Positions 24,847-37,730 of a stretch of 64,000 bases of DNA are shown here, piece by piece. The translations under genes and the position numbers were made by a program. Every line of letters starts with the position of its first letter. The first letter of the stretch is position 1. The notes below the pieces were generated by a model. It made no database searches. It had not been told where the DNA came from and worked only from the letters and a program-made list of their open reading frames with translations. The stretch is from Squalus acanthias (taxonomy: Eukaryota): positions 54,252,001 to 54,316,000 of the forward strand of contig CM059432.1 of the NCBI GenBank assembly GCA_030390025.1, given 5' to 3'.

Positions 24847-26689
24847 TAAATCCTTTCCTCCATTTAGGGCATGAAGGTTTGAAGTGGAAAAAATCGCCGC
24901 AACAGTTTCCAATGATGGACTGAATTAAGAAATAGAGTGAAAGCCTGTTTTTTTTAATAATATTTAATTCCAATTTATGGATTCTGGACCCCTCTTGCTG
25001 ACATGCAGTGCTTAACTGTGAAACATCAAAGGGTGAAGTTAATTGTCTTTGTAGCAGCTTACAGAGCACTCCAAAGTATAGTTCTAAACCTGCAGTCGGT
25101 CTTCAGTGTTCATCATCCAAACCGACAGTGAAATAGCAATGAACTATAATGTATCTGGCACACTGTACCTTCTGGGGCTGAAATTATTTCTGCAATGTGT
25201 TAAAGGGTTTTCCACACTGACACCAATTAGTTTTTGGACAGCGGGTGTATAAATGATGTGCTCAACAATCACAAAAAGGCAACTAAGGAGCTCTCAGCTC
25301 TGGTACTTCATGCCAGACAAAGTCCTAGACACTCTTTTCCCATAGCTTTAGTGGCATTACTGTATAACAAAGGATTTAAGTAATGAGAAGATGTAAAGAA
25401 GCCTTTCTGTAAAAGAGTTCCTGTTTATCTTCTGTTCATATTTAAATTATATTAATGCTAATAGCTCTCCATAGCAAATTATTTCCACCCATCTTGTGAT
25501 AATCATTTTGAACTGAAACTCTATTGATTATTCTGTTTTTAGAAGTAAATGATTATAATTAAAGAAATCTATTTAATATTGTTACCAATAACGTAATGGC
25601 TCCCCCCAAAAAATTGTACACATAAGTCTGAGGCCTGCAACATGCTTGAGGCCTCAGTGTGAGCACAAAGGGGGAGCCTGAGCACAAGCTGTGCACTAAG
25701 CTCGTTAGTGCTCCCGACTTCCATGTTAATTTGGCAGCTATCGCATAATGCATGTGGAGTGTCTGAGCAGCGCTCCAGCCACACAGTGCCCATCTGGAAC
25801 AGACACTGAAGGGAAGGCTGCCACCAAAATTTATTCAAAAATATCAGGCGCCTCTGCCCTTTAAACCCTTTGCAGGTGCCCCACTTTTGACCACCACCCA
25901 GGAAAGTGCCCCGTGCACAACAATTAGCCAGAAACACTTCACAGGCCTGATAATGCTGCCCCAGTACTCCTAATGCATCATGAGAGGAGCGCCTAAAGCA
26001 ACAATAAACTATTCATTTGGGCTGGCCCTGCATTTTCTGGTGAGTTCAGCCCATTTGTTAGCAGGTGCAGGCGCAGGTAGCATTTCCGATAAGTTGTCTG
26101 ATGAGTATCACCACTTTTACTTACACCGGGGATTGCCTGTTCTCAGACAACTCAGAAAACAATATTCTCGTGGTGAACCGAGATCAAAGGGGCTGATAAT
26201 GAGATGTTCGATGCCTGTGGCACTACTGTTCCATATTAGTGGGTGCTGAGGCCTGCTTAACATGTTCGCTGAGCTCATTAAGGCCCAAAAATAAGAAAAA
26301 AGAGGTTGCACTGCTTGAATGTGCAGCTGCTCTGCGAGCACAGGGACAGAATCATGAAGATTGATGCCCAAAACCCTGCCAAATAAACCATTGCCATCTT
26401 TACCCAATAGTGTACATCAGGACACATAAATATAACACCATTTATTCTCAGCTATCTTGTTCCTAAATGAAGGAACACAATGCAGTACAAGTTAAGCCAA
26501 AGGTTATTTATTTTAACAGTGTGTGGTACAAGTGGGTTAAGTATATTTTTCCCTTGTGCTCCTTTGTAACAGTGATTACATTTGATAAGATACACATAAG
26601 ATACTTATAGCAAAGATAATAACACCTGCAATTAAGGGGAATGTAGCCACATAAATAGAACAATATTAGAACGATATATTATATAAGCC

Positions 26690-26757
26690 TTTAGCTTAGT
26701 GGTAGCGTTCCCACCTCTGAATCAGAAAGTGCAGGGATCAAACCCAGCTCCAGACAG
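26690..26757 (+). mobile_element. SINE tRNA-like head fragment
   Basis: TAGCTTAGTGGTAGC...CTCTGAATCAGAA...GGATCAAACCC resembles the head of the SINE at 8005-8393. Confidence 0.5.
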
Positions 26758-27289
26758 TCTTAGCGAATGAAGGCGAAAGAGCTTTGGTTCTGAATTCTGA
26801 GTTGCCATCTAGTGGAGTACTTGCAGCTGCTGTGTAGTGGTGCCCCTACCCATCTCCAACCACCCCCCACTCTCTGGGCTGAATTTTCATAGAATCATAG
26901 AATGGTTACAGCACAGAAGGAGGCCATTCGCCTGTCAAGCCCGTGCCGGCTCTCTGCAAGAGCACTTCAGCTAGTCCCTCGCCTCCGCCCCTGCCCCGTA
27001 GCTCTGCAAATGTTTCTCCTTCAGGTACTTATCCAATTCCCTTTTGAAAGCCACGATTGAATCTGCCTCCACCACCCGTTCAGGCAGTGCATTCCAGATC
27101 TTAACCACTCGATGTGTAAAAAAGGTTCTTCCTCATGTCGCCTTTGGTTCACCTGCCAACTGCCTTAAATCTGTGTCCTCTGGTTCTCGACCCTTCCACA
27201 AATGGGAAGAGTTTCTCTCTATCTACTCTGTCTAGAGCCCTCATGATTTTGAATACATCTATCAAATCTCCTCTCAATGTTCTTTTTCA

Positions 27290-29012
27290 TTTTATTCATT
27301 CTGCGATGTGGGCGTTGCTGGCAAGGCCAGCATTTATTGCCCATCCCTAATTGCCCTTGAGAAGGTGGTGGTGAGCCATCTTCTTGAACCGCTGCAGTCC
27401 GTGTGGTGAAGGTACTCCCACAGTGCTGTTAGGGAGAGAGTTCCAGGAGTTTGACCAAGCAACGATGAAGGAACAGCGATATATTTCCAAGTCAGGATGG
27501 TGTGTAACTTGGAGGGGAACATGGAGGTGATTGTGTTCCCATGCACCTGCTGCCCTTGTCCTTCTAGGTGGAAGAGGTCACAGGTTTGGGAGGTGCTGCC
27601 GAAGAAGCTTTGGTGAGTTGCTGCAGTGCACCTTGTAGATGGTACACACTGCAGCCACGGTGTGCTGGTGGTGGACAGAGTGATGTTTAAAGTGCTGGAT
27701 GGGGTGCCAATCAAGCGGACTGCTTTGTCCTGGATGGTGTCGAGTTTCTTGAGTGTTGTTGGAGCTGCACTCATCCAGGCAAGTGGAGAGTATTCCATCA
27801 CACTCCTTACTTGTGCCTTGTAGATGGTGGAAAGGCTTTGGGGAGTCAGTAGGTGAGAAACTCGCCACAGAATACCCAGCCTCTGACCTGCTCTTGTTGC
27901 CACTGTATTTATGTGGCTGGTCCAGTTAAGTTTCTGGTCAATGGTGACCTCCAGGATGTTGATGGGGGATTCGATGATGGTAATGACATTGAATGTCAAG
28001 GGGAGGTGGCTAGACTCTCGCTTGTTGGAGATAGCCAATTGCCTGGCACTTCTGTGGCGCACATGTTACTTGCCACTTATCAGCCCAAGCCTTAATGTCG
28101 TCCAGGTCTTGCTGCATGCGGACTGCTTCATTTTCTGAAAAGTTGCAAATGGAACTGAAGACTGTGCAATCATCAGCAAACATCCCCACTTCTGACCTTA
28201 TGATGGAGGGAAGGTCATTGATGAAGCAGCTGAAGGTGATTGGGTCTAGGACACTGCCCTCAGAACTCCTGCAGTGATGACCTGGGGTTGAGATGATTGA
28301 CCTCCAAAAACCACAACCATTTTCCTTTGTGCTAGGTATGACTCCTGCCAGTGGAGAGTTTTCCCCATGATTCGTATTGACTTCAATTTTACTAGGGCTC
28401 CTTGGTGCCACAATCGGTCAGATGCTGCCTTGATGTCAAGGGCAGACACTCTCACCTCACCTCACCTGATATGATGGAGTAGGCTTGACAAGGCAGATTG
28501 AGGAGGGGTATGATGTGCACAGCAGGATGCAGGTGAATGTGCTACGGTGCTCAGCTCTTTTGTCCATGTTTGAACCAAGGCTGTAATGAGGTCTGGAGCC
28601 GATTGGTCCTGGCGGAACCCAAACTGAGCATTGGTGAACAGGTTACTGGTGAGTAAGTGCCGCTTGATAGCACTGTCGATGACACCTTCCATCACTTTGC
28701 TGATGATTGAGAATAAACTGATGGGGCGGTAATTGACTGGATTGGATTTGTCCTGCTTTTTGTGGACAGGACATACCTGGGCAGTTTTCCACATTGTCGG
28801 GTCGATGCCAGTGTTTTAGCTATACTGGAACAGCTTGGCTAGAGCCGTGGCTAGTCCTGGAACACAAGTTCTCAGCATGACAGCCGGGCTATTGTCAGGG
28901 CTCATAGCCTTTGCTGTATCCAGTGCGATCAGCCGTTTCTTGATATCACATGAGTGAATCGAACTAGATGAAGACTGGCTTCGGTGATGGTGAGGACCTC
29001 AGGAGGAGGCCG
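27290..29012 (-). mobile_element. L2/CR1-group LINE family B, RT and 3' end
   Basis: Motifs NYRPISL, QFGFRQ, ALDIKAA, MFADD and YKAQVRSVMEYSPLAW. ~85-bp foreign insert at 28464-28548. Confidence 0.9.
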
Positions 29013-30068
29013 ATAAGTAAATGGCTGTTTTTCAGACTGGAGGATGGTAGACAGTGGTGTTCCCCAAGGGTCAGTGCTGGGGCCATTGTTTTTTTTGATA
29101 TGTATAAATTACCTGGATATTGGAATACAGAGCAGAATTTCTAAATTTGCCGATGGCACCAAACTTGGGGGTGTGGCAAACAGTGATGATGATATCAATC
29201 GACTGTAACAGGACATAGAAAGGCTAGCAGAATGGGCAGACAAGTGGCAGATGGAATTTAATACAGCGAAGTATGAGGTGATGCATTTTGGCAGAAGGAA
29301 CAGGGAGAGGCAATATACACTTAATGGCACAGTTTTAAAGAGTGTGCAGGGACAGAGGGACCTTGGAGTTAATGTGCATAGGTCCCTGAAGGTGGCAGGA
29401 CATATTGAGAGAGTGGTTAGCAAAGCATATGGGATCTTGGGCTTCATAAATAGAGGTATTGAGTACAAAGGTAGAGAAGTTATGCTGAACCTTTATAAAG
29501 CGCTGGTTAGGCCACAACTGGATTATTGTGTCCAGTTCTGGTCACCACACTTTAGGAAGGATGTGAAGGCCCTTGAGAGGGTGCAGAGGAGATTTACCAG
29601 AATGGTTCTGGGGATGGGGGATCTTAGCTACAAGGACAGGTTGGAGAAGCTGGATTTGTTTTCATTAGAGCAAAGGAGGTTGAGGGGTGATTTGATAGAG
29701 GTGTAAAGATTATGACGGGTTGGGATAGGCTAGACGGGGAAAGGCTGTTCCCACTAGTTGATGGCACAAGGACTAGGGGACACAGATTTAAGGTTTTGGG
29801 CAAGAGATACAGGGGGGATGTGAGGAAAAACCTTTTTATGCAGCGAGTGGTGAGGACCTGGAACTCGCTGCCGACTGAAGTGTGGAAGCGGAGACACTCA
29901 ATGTTTTCAAGGGGAGACTGGATAGGCACTTGAGGGAAATAAACTTGCAGGTCTACGGGTATAGAGCGGGGGAATGGCACTGACTGGATTGCTCTTCAGA
30001 GAGCTGGCACAGACTCGATGGGCCGAATGGCCTCCTTCTGTGCTGTTATTACTCTATGACTCTATGAC
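29013..30068 (+). mobile_element. 5'-truncated CR1 LINE
   Basis: SGVPQGSVLGP, LYKALVRPQLDYC motifs and (ACTCTATG)n tail. Confidence 0.92.
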
Positions 30069-32078
30069 TTATCAATTTTTATCCCATCCAGTATCTCAAC
30101 TACCTCCTCTTCCTCTATGACTTTGGCAGCAGCTTCTTCCTTGGTAAAGACAGATTCAAAGTACTCATTTATTACCTTAAGCACGCCCTCTGCCTCTATG
30201 CGTAGGTCTCCTTTTTGGTCCCTAATTGGCCCCACCCCTCGTCTTACTACACGTTTAAAATTTATAGGCTTATAGTAGACTTTTGGATTCCTTTTTATGT
30301 TAGCTGCCAATCTATTCTCATACTCTTTCTTTGCCCCTCTTATTTCCTTTTCAGTTTCCCTCTGAACTTTCTATATTCAGCCTGGTTTCATTTGTATTCT
30401 CAACCTGACATCTGTCATACACCCCCTTTTTCTGCTTCATCTTACTCTCTACCTCTTTTATCATCCAGGGAGCTCTGGCTTTGGTTGCCCTACCTTTCCC
30501 CTGTGGGAATGTACCTTGACTGTACCTGAACCATCTCCTCTTTAAAGGCAGCCCATTGTTTGATTATAGTTTTACCTGCCAATCTTTGATTCCTATTTAC
30601 CTGGGCCAAATCTATTCTCAACCCACTGAAATTGGCCTTCCTCCAATTAAGTATTTTTACTCTAGATTGCTTCTTTTCCTTTTCCATAGCTAATCTAAAC
30701 CTTATGATACTATGATCACTGTTCCCTAAGTGTTCCCCTACTGACACTTGTTCCACTTGATCCATCTTTCTACAGAACCAGATCCAGCAATGCCTCCTTC
30801 CTCATTGAGCCAGAAATGTACTGATGAAGAAAGTTCTCTTCAAAACACTTCAGAAATTCTTCCCCCTCTCTGTCCTTTACACTATTACAATCCCAGTCTA
30901 TATTAGGATAGTTGAAGTCCCCCATTATCACTACTCTATAGTTCTTGCACCTCTCTGCAATTCCCTTGCAAATTTGCTCCTCTATATCCTTGCCACTAGT
31001 TGGTGGCCTATTGAATACACCTAGTAGTGTAATGGCACCTTTATTGTTTCTTAACTCTAACCAAATAGATTCTGTCCTTGACCCCTCCGGGACATCCTCT
31101 CTCTCCAGCACTGTAACATTCTCCTTAACCAATACAGCCACCCACCTCCTTTCTTTCCTTCCCTATCTTTCCTGAAGACCTTATATCCAGGAGTATTTAG
31201 TACCCAATCCTGCCCTTTTTTGAGCCAGGTCTCCGTTATTGCAACAACATCATATTCCCCTGTGGCTATTTGCACCTGCAGCTCACCAACCTTATTTACC
31301 ACGCTTCGTGCGTTTACATGCATGCACTGTAAACCTATCTTAGACCTTCTTGTATTCTCTCTTAGTCTGACCCCATCTAATACCGTACTATTTCTTACTC
31401 TAGTGCTATCTGTCTCTCCCAATCCTTTGTGCACTTTGTTTCTGCTTTCTAATACTACATCCTGATGCCCATCCCCCTGCCAAATTAGTTTAAACCCTCC
31501 CCAACAGCACTAGCAAACCCCTTCCATGAGGATATTGGTCTTGGCTCTGTTGAGGTGCAACCTATCCAGCTTGTACATGTACAGAACCAGTCCCAATGTC
31601 CCAGGAATCTAAAGCCCTCCCTCCTGCACCATCTCTCCAGCCATGCATTCATCTGCTCTATCCTCCTATTTCTATACTCACTAGCGCGTGGCACCGGGAG
31701 CTTGAGCTCCTCCAGCTGACGACACTTCCTGCACACGTGGTTGTCCAGTGTCCTGGAGTTCCCACATGGCACAAGATGTGCATTCCATGGGACTGAAGTG
31801 CCCTGTCATGCCTCTATTTAATAGGCTATTAACTAACTTAACAGAAATAAACTCAAGACTTAAAAAAAAGCACCAGCTACTCACCAATCAGCTCCTTCCC
31901 TTGTGCTGACATCACTTTAGTTTTTTTTACCTCGCTCCCTGACGCTCGCGCTCCCTCACGGCTCTCGGGCCTACTTTTATCTCTGGCCGCACCTCTCGCT
32001 CTACCGCAGGTCCACTCTCAGGACTATTAACCTAGAGTCCTTGGGTTTTGTGGCTCCACTCCTCCTTTTCAGTTCGAC

Positions 32079-33147
32079 AATTTTAATGGAGAAGGTGGGT
32101 TGGGGGGGGAGGGGGCTCCTAGGCGTTCGGGAAACGCGGGAGAACAGGATTCCCACAGGCCCAGTCGAATTTCCCACCAGCAGCCAGCCAGATTGAGAGG
32201 CTGGCTCTGGGCGGGTAGCCCTGCGGCTCTAGACAGCATAGAGGAGGGAGGAAGGGATCATTTGGGGGCCAGGGTCAGCCGGAGGTGCGGGGGGGTGGGG
32301 GGCGGGGGTCTGAAAAGTAGGAGAAGCAGGGGGGTAGTCTGAAAAGATCGGCGGCCTGGAGCAGCGGAGGTGGGGGTCTAAAGAGATCGCGGGGCAGCTG
32401 GAGGAGCGGGGTGGGGAGTCCAGAACAATACGATCATGGGCCAGGACCACCACGGGGAGCAGGGTCAGAAAAGATCCCGGGCCGGCAGGGGGAACGGGGG
32501 CGGTGAAGTCCACAACTTCGCAATCGCGGCCCGGGGCCAGCACAGGGAGGGGCTCCAGAGCATTGTGGGCCAGCCGGAGCAGCGGTGGGGGGAGCGGGTG
32601 AGGATCAGGTGCCGGGAGCAGCACGGGCGGTTGTCTGAAGGGATCGGAGGCCAGAGGAGCACCACAGGGTGGGCAGGAGCGGTGGGGGGAGGCCTCGTGG
32701 GGGGATCGGAGGCCTGGGGTGCGGGGGGGAAATTGGTAGGCCTGGGGCGGTGATCGGAGCCCTTGTGGTGGGATCTCCGATCAGGGGGTGTGGGTTAGGC
32801 AGGGACCCTGGATTCAGGAGGTAAGTGTAAAGACACTTATCTCCTGGATCTAGCAGTCCTCGCCTTGCTTTATCTGGTGCATTTCATGAGGTGTGCAAAA
32901 CCCAACCAGCTGAAATTTAATACAAAATGGAGGTTGAAGAAGAGGCTTCCAGCCTCATTATAATATTTAAATAGACAACCCGCTTCCTGGCAGCGGATTG
33001 GTTGCCCACCCCCGCCCCATCCCACCTCCGTTAAACACAGGAAGTGGGCACGTTGGAGGTGGGTTCAGGTCGGGATTCACATTTTTAACACTTTAACTAC
33101 CCACACACCCCCCAATCCACCATTTTTTTTAGGTTAAAATTCCTCCC
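32079..33147 (+). mobile_element. Harbinger-type non-autonomous element with G-rich degenerate repeats; left TIR split off to 26876-26887
   Basis: GGGCTGAATTTT at 26876 joined to AATGGAGAAGG at 32085 matches the reverse complement of the terminus at 1405-1428. Right end TTAAAATTCCTCCC. Confidence 0.7.
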
Positions 33148-33352
33148 ATTGTATAGGTTGTGGGAGCCCATAAAACCCTCCCGCCATGTAGAGCTAACCA
33201 CCCGATAAAAAGATGGTTACGGCCACGGAAAAACTATTCACGTTGTGGCCTATCAGACTTAATCAGCTTGTGAATCGAAGGGATGAGTGTGAAGATGTGA
33301 CAACAATAATAGGGAAATAGTTGGAGGGCAGAAATCTAAGGGTAAAGGAAGT

Positions 33353-34245
33353 TTTTTTAAATTCGTTTATGGGATGTGGGCGTCACTGGCCTGGCAGCAT
33401 TTATTGCCCATCCCTAATTGCCCTTGAGAAGGTGACGGTGAGCCGCCTTCTTGAACCGCTGCAATCCGTGTGGTGAAGGTACTCCCACAGTGCTGTTAGG
33501 GAGGGAGTTCCAGGATTTTGACCCAGCGATGATGAAGGATCGGTGATATACTTCTAAGTCAGGATGGTGTGTGACTTGGAGGTGGTGGTGTTCCCATGTG
33601 TATGCTACCCTTGTCCTTCTAGGTGGAAGAGGTTGCAGGTTTGGGAGATGCTGCTGCAGCCACAGTACGCCGGTGGTGGAGGGAGTGAATGTTTAAGGTG
33701 GTGGATGAGGTGCCAATCAAGCGGGCTGCTTTGTCCTGGATGGTGTCGAGCTTCTTGAGTGTTGTTGGAGCTGCACTCATCCAGGCAAGTGGAGAGTATT
33801 CCATCACACTCCTTACTTGTGCCTTGTAGATGGTGGAAAGGCTTTGGGGAGTCAGGAGGTGAGACACTCGCCGCAGAATACCTAGCCTCTGATCTGCTCT
33901 TGTTGCCACAGTATTTATGTGGCTGGTCAATGGTGACCCCCCCCAGGATGTTGATGGTGGGGGATTCGGCGATGGTAATGCCGTTGAATGTCAAGGGGCG
34001 GTGGTTAGACTCTCGTTTGTTGGAGATAGTCATTGCCTGGCACTTCTGTGGCGCACATGTTACCTGCCACTTATCAGCCCAAGCCTGAATGTCGTCCAGG
34101 TCTTGTTGCATGCGGGCATGGACTGCTTCATTATCTGAGGAGTTCTGAATGGTACTGAACACTGTTCAACCCCATTTCTGACCTTATTTTGGAGGGAAGG
34201 TCATTGATGAAGCAGCTGATGATGGTTGGGTCTAGGACACTGCCT
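33353..34245 (-). mobile_element. L2/CR1-group LINE family B, 3' part
   Basis: Close homologue of 27290-28260. Confidence 0.9.
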
Positions 34246-34339
34246 AGACTAGTTTCTTGGACGTGGATGATGTGGTGAGTTCTATTCCACTGGAGCCTAT
34301 GTTGATGCCATTCTTATTTACTGTAAGCACAATGATCAT

Positions 34340-34657
34340 GAGTTAGGAATTGAGAGAACAATATTGAACTTTGCTGATAATGCTGAATTGTGGAGTATGC
34401 AATTTTGAGAAAAACTGCAGAAGGACATAGGTAAAGGGTAGATAAGTGATAGGTACAGTTCAATGAAGAAAACATATAAAGTAATGCATTTTGGAAGTGA
34501 GAATAAGGAATCAAAAAGACCTTAATCCAGAGGATTTTAAATGCAGTAGAGGAGCAGAGAGACCTTGGTATACAGATACACCGGTCATTAAAGATGACAG
34601 TGCAAGTAGATAAGGAAAGTCATAAAAAAGGCAAATTAAACCCTTGGCTTTCTATTT
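34340..34657 (+). mobile_element. Old CR1 RT fragment
   Basis: Degenerate FAD, VMHFG and EQRDLG motifs. Confidence 0.5.
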
Positions 34658-34660
34658 ATA

Positions 34661-34800
34661 ATGCGGAGATGCCGGTGTTGGACTGGGGTGGACAAAATTG
34701 AGAGGTCGCACAACACCAGGTTATAGTCCAACAGTTTTATTTGAAATCACAAGCTTTCGGAGCTATCGATTGCCCCTTCCTCAGGTGAAGTAAATAGATA
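34661..34800 (-). mobile_element. Short Penelope-type insert, same family as 6863 (right limit uncertain)
   Basis: ggagatgccggtgttggactggggtggacaaaa...gttatagtccaacag block shared with 6863-6990. Confidence 0.75.
34747..34788 (-). ncRNA. Minimal type I hammerhead ribozyme motif
   Basis: Reverse complement reads UCAC-CUGAGGA-A-GGGGC(aaucgaua)GCUCC-GAAA-GCUU-GUGA. Confidence 0.75.
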
Positions 34801-35664
34801 CAGAATCGCCAAAGCATATATAGATAGAGAACAAAGCATGTGTAAGGTACATCAGTGAAACCATACCCCAGGTTAAGTCAGCACCATCAAACGAAGCAAT
34901 GAAAAAAGGGAGGAAATACGAAGATAAAGAAAAAAATTATTTCTTTATTGCAATCCAGTCCTTCTTTATATTCAGCCTCCTCCTCATTCTACCATCTTGC
35001 CCCATATAGCCAATCAGTTGGACTTCCCATCCTCTCCTTATCATGGGACAGTGACTATGTCCTTGGCCTGAATAATATCAGAACACTACTGACAAATACT
35101 TGGTTACTCTAAAGTGGCAGTTACCAATAGTTGTGAAAGGTGGATCAAACAGTGGGGTAGATTTCACGAATTAGCGCTCCTAGCACAGAGCTTTGCATGA
35201 TAGGAGTACATATTGGGAATTTCAGCATGGATATCAATGCACCCAGCATGATTTTCCATCTATTAAAATTAATGAATACAACTTACACACTAAAGGTAGC
35301 TCATTATTTGCTGCTGTTGGAGAAATCTAAGCACAGGGGCTTAGGTGATTTCTTTTCATTTTGCTTAGCATTATTATTCTTTCAACCTTTTTTTTGTGAA
35401 GGATGTTAGAACAGTTTCCATTTCTGGCATCTAGTATCAGCATAAGACATTCTCCATTCAGGTATAACCTCTGATCTGCTCTAATAATGTGCTTAAGCCC
35501 AACCTTACAAGAGCAGCCCCTCCTGCATTTTATCCATGTCCCACATCAGGCACCTTCTGGCCTCACTGATTGCCAACATATGTGATAATAATTAAGGGTA
35601 GTTTTGTACTCAGGGCTCAGGCTCACTCAGAAACAGATTGATATTGCCCAGTATGTTCCAGCGA

Positions 35665-35970
35665 TATCTCAGCTGGTTAAAGTGATGAATAACTAAGCCA
35701 TACAGAGCAGGTAGGTCTGTATTGAATTAGCTGATCTCAGTTGGAACAGCAGCAGAGGTATTACAATTGGCCTTAGTGCCCTTAAATTAAGGAGGGTAAA
35801 ATTGGCTGAGAGTTCACACTCCTAGTCACTCTCCTCACTGGAAGTACATGTATGCAAACATTTGGGTAGGTTGCCCCCTCTAAAGGACTGGTCAGCTAAC
35901 ATTAACTGTCTAGGCCCAAACATGAAGAATGGTAGTTAGGTGAGGCACCTAGCACTTGTGGAACATACCC
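35665..35970 (+). mobile_element. Old SINE-like repeat (tentative)
   Basis: ctcagctggtt...gaattagctgatctcag motif resembles ancient vertebrate SINE bodies. Recognised by recall only. Confidence 0.3.
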
Positions 35971-36104
35971 CAAAAATAAAGGTAGGTGGGAGAATGGATG
36001 GGGTCAAGAAGAGGGAAAAAAACACCTATTCTGCCCAAACCTATTCCACAAAGGACTCTTGCACAACACAAAAGGAGGCCATTGGAATCAATGGGTGGGA
36101 TATT

Positions 36105-36312
36105 ACTCACTGCCTGAAAGGGTGGTAGAGGCAGGAACCCTCACAACATTCAAGAAGCATTTAGATGAGCACTTGAAATGCCATAGCATACAAGGCTACG
36201 GACCAAGTGCTGGAAAATGGGATTAGAATAGACAGGGCTTGATGGCCGGTGCGGACACGATGGGCCTCTTTCTGTGCTGTATAACTCTATGACTCTATGA
36301 CTATGACTCTAT
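36105..36312 (+). mobile_element. CR1 3' end
   Basis: Near-identical to 22415-22615, with (ACTCTATG)n tail. Confidence 0.88.
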
Positions 36313-37194
36313 CCAGTGACAGCAGCCCAAGGGCTGCTTACCGCTGCATTTAAGCTATCCCAACCTTCGATGTGCCAGTAATTTTCATGTGTACCATCTA
36401 CCATGGCAGCAAGGAGGGAGAGGAGCAAGACAACCCTTTTTGAGGATGCTATTTAGAGACCTTTGTCCATGAGGTCCTGGCAAGTGGAATGGTCCTCCTT
36501 GGAGCTTAGGGACAGCCTCAAATTCTCACAAATATGCACAGACCACATGAATGCAGTATCACACATGCATAGAATGTGACAGGAAATAAGAACATTATTT
36601 TTAGGACTGGGGTAGGTTGCAAAGGTAAGTACATTGGTGCTTTGCCTACTTTTTGGTATATGACCTTAGGATGAATATCAATAACAGTGCACTCTCACTT
36701 TGGTGCTCCTTCACACAAACAAGTAGCATAGCACTCCAGCAGTTATTTACCTGGTTGGCAAATACACACACATACCTATGTTGCTGGGCACGTTTTCTTG
36801 GTGGCAGAGAAATATGCTTCGAATGCCACAGATAGATCCATCACCATGCTACCAGTATTAGCTACCTGCAAGCTGCATTTTGATGGATTTACATAATCTG
36901 GTTGTTAGGTTGAACATATGGGTGCCACTCTCTGCTATTGCAAATTCCAACATATGTTCCTTAGATGAGGACTAGACGGATACCTCCCAACTTGAAACTC
37001 TCTATGAGATGAGAGGCCTACAAAAGGCAACAGAGGGAATCTGTTGGCGGTGGGGCAGGGGTGGGGGGGGAGGGGTGGTGGCAGGGGCGGTAAGTTGGAA
37101 ACCTCTGCCAAAATTAATGCTATTACCATTCTTTGCGTTTTATTCTTTCACCCCATACTGAGTTTCTCATGTCATTTCCTTAAGGGTAGCTAGG

Positions 37195-37730
37195 GATATT
37201 GAGAAAATGCGGGTAAATGGAGTTAAGATACTGATCAGCCATGATCCAACTGAATGGCAGAACAGGCTCAATGAGCTGAATGGCTTACTTCTGTTCCTAT
37301 GCTGATGTCAGTTGTGGTTCTGAGTCAGAAGATTGTGGGTTCAAGTCTCACTCCAAAGACTTGAACACATAATCTAGGCTGACACTTCAGTGCAGTACTT
37401 AGGGGGTGTCTTTCAGAGAAGACATTAAACCCAAGGCTCATCTGCCCTCTCAGGTGGATGTAAAAGATCCAACGGCAATATTCGAAGAAGAGCAGGGGTG
37501 TTCTCCCTGGTGTCCTGGTCAATATCTATCCTTCAATCAACATCACAAACTGATTATCTGGTCAATATCTCATTGCTGTTTGTGGGACCTTGTCATGCAA
37601 ATTGACTGCCAAATTTCCTACATTACAACAGTGACTACCACTTCAAAAAGTACTTAATTGGCTATGAAGTGTTATGGGATGTCCTGAGGTTGTGAAAGGT
37701 GCTATATAAATGCAAGTTCTTTCTTTCTTT
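37195..37730 (+). mobile_element. CR1 3' UTR fragment (37195-37301) followed by a DeuSINE-like SINE (37307-37730)
   Basis: gatcagccatgat...cctatg tail, then B box GGTTCAAGTC and a body homologous to 8005-8393. Confidence 0.78.

Larger units (their letters stand above)
26888..32078 (-). mobile_element. Originally full-length CR1 LINE, internally deleted, with two nested LINEs
   Basis: TSD AATTTT at 26882-26887 and 32079-32084. 3' end and tail at 26888-27283. APE endonuclease region at ~30070-31330 (VVAITETWL, IMGDFNYP, GNSDH). ORF1 remnant with zinc-finger and esterase-like NAWLERWCRREGFRFLGHWD at 31485-31810. Confidence 0.82.

Noticed and set aside
25600..26260. Possible very old Harbinger remnant (also ~36400-36630)
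   Set aside because: Only faint motif resemblance, too degraded to support by eye.
29013..32078. Twin-priming inversion of a single CR1
   Set aside because: The 3' tail lies internally at 30068, and the AATTTT TSD instead links 26888 with 32078.
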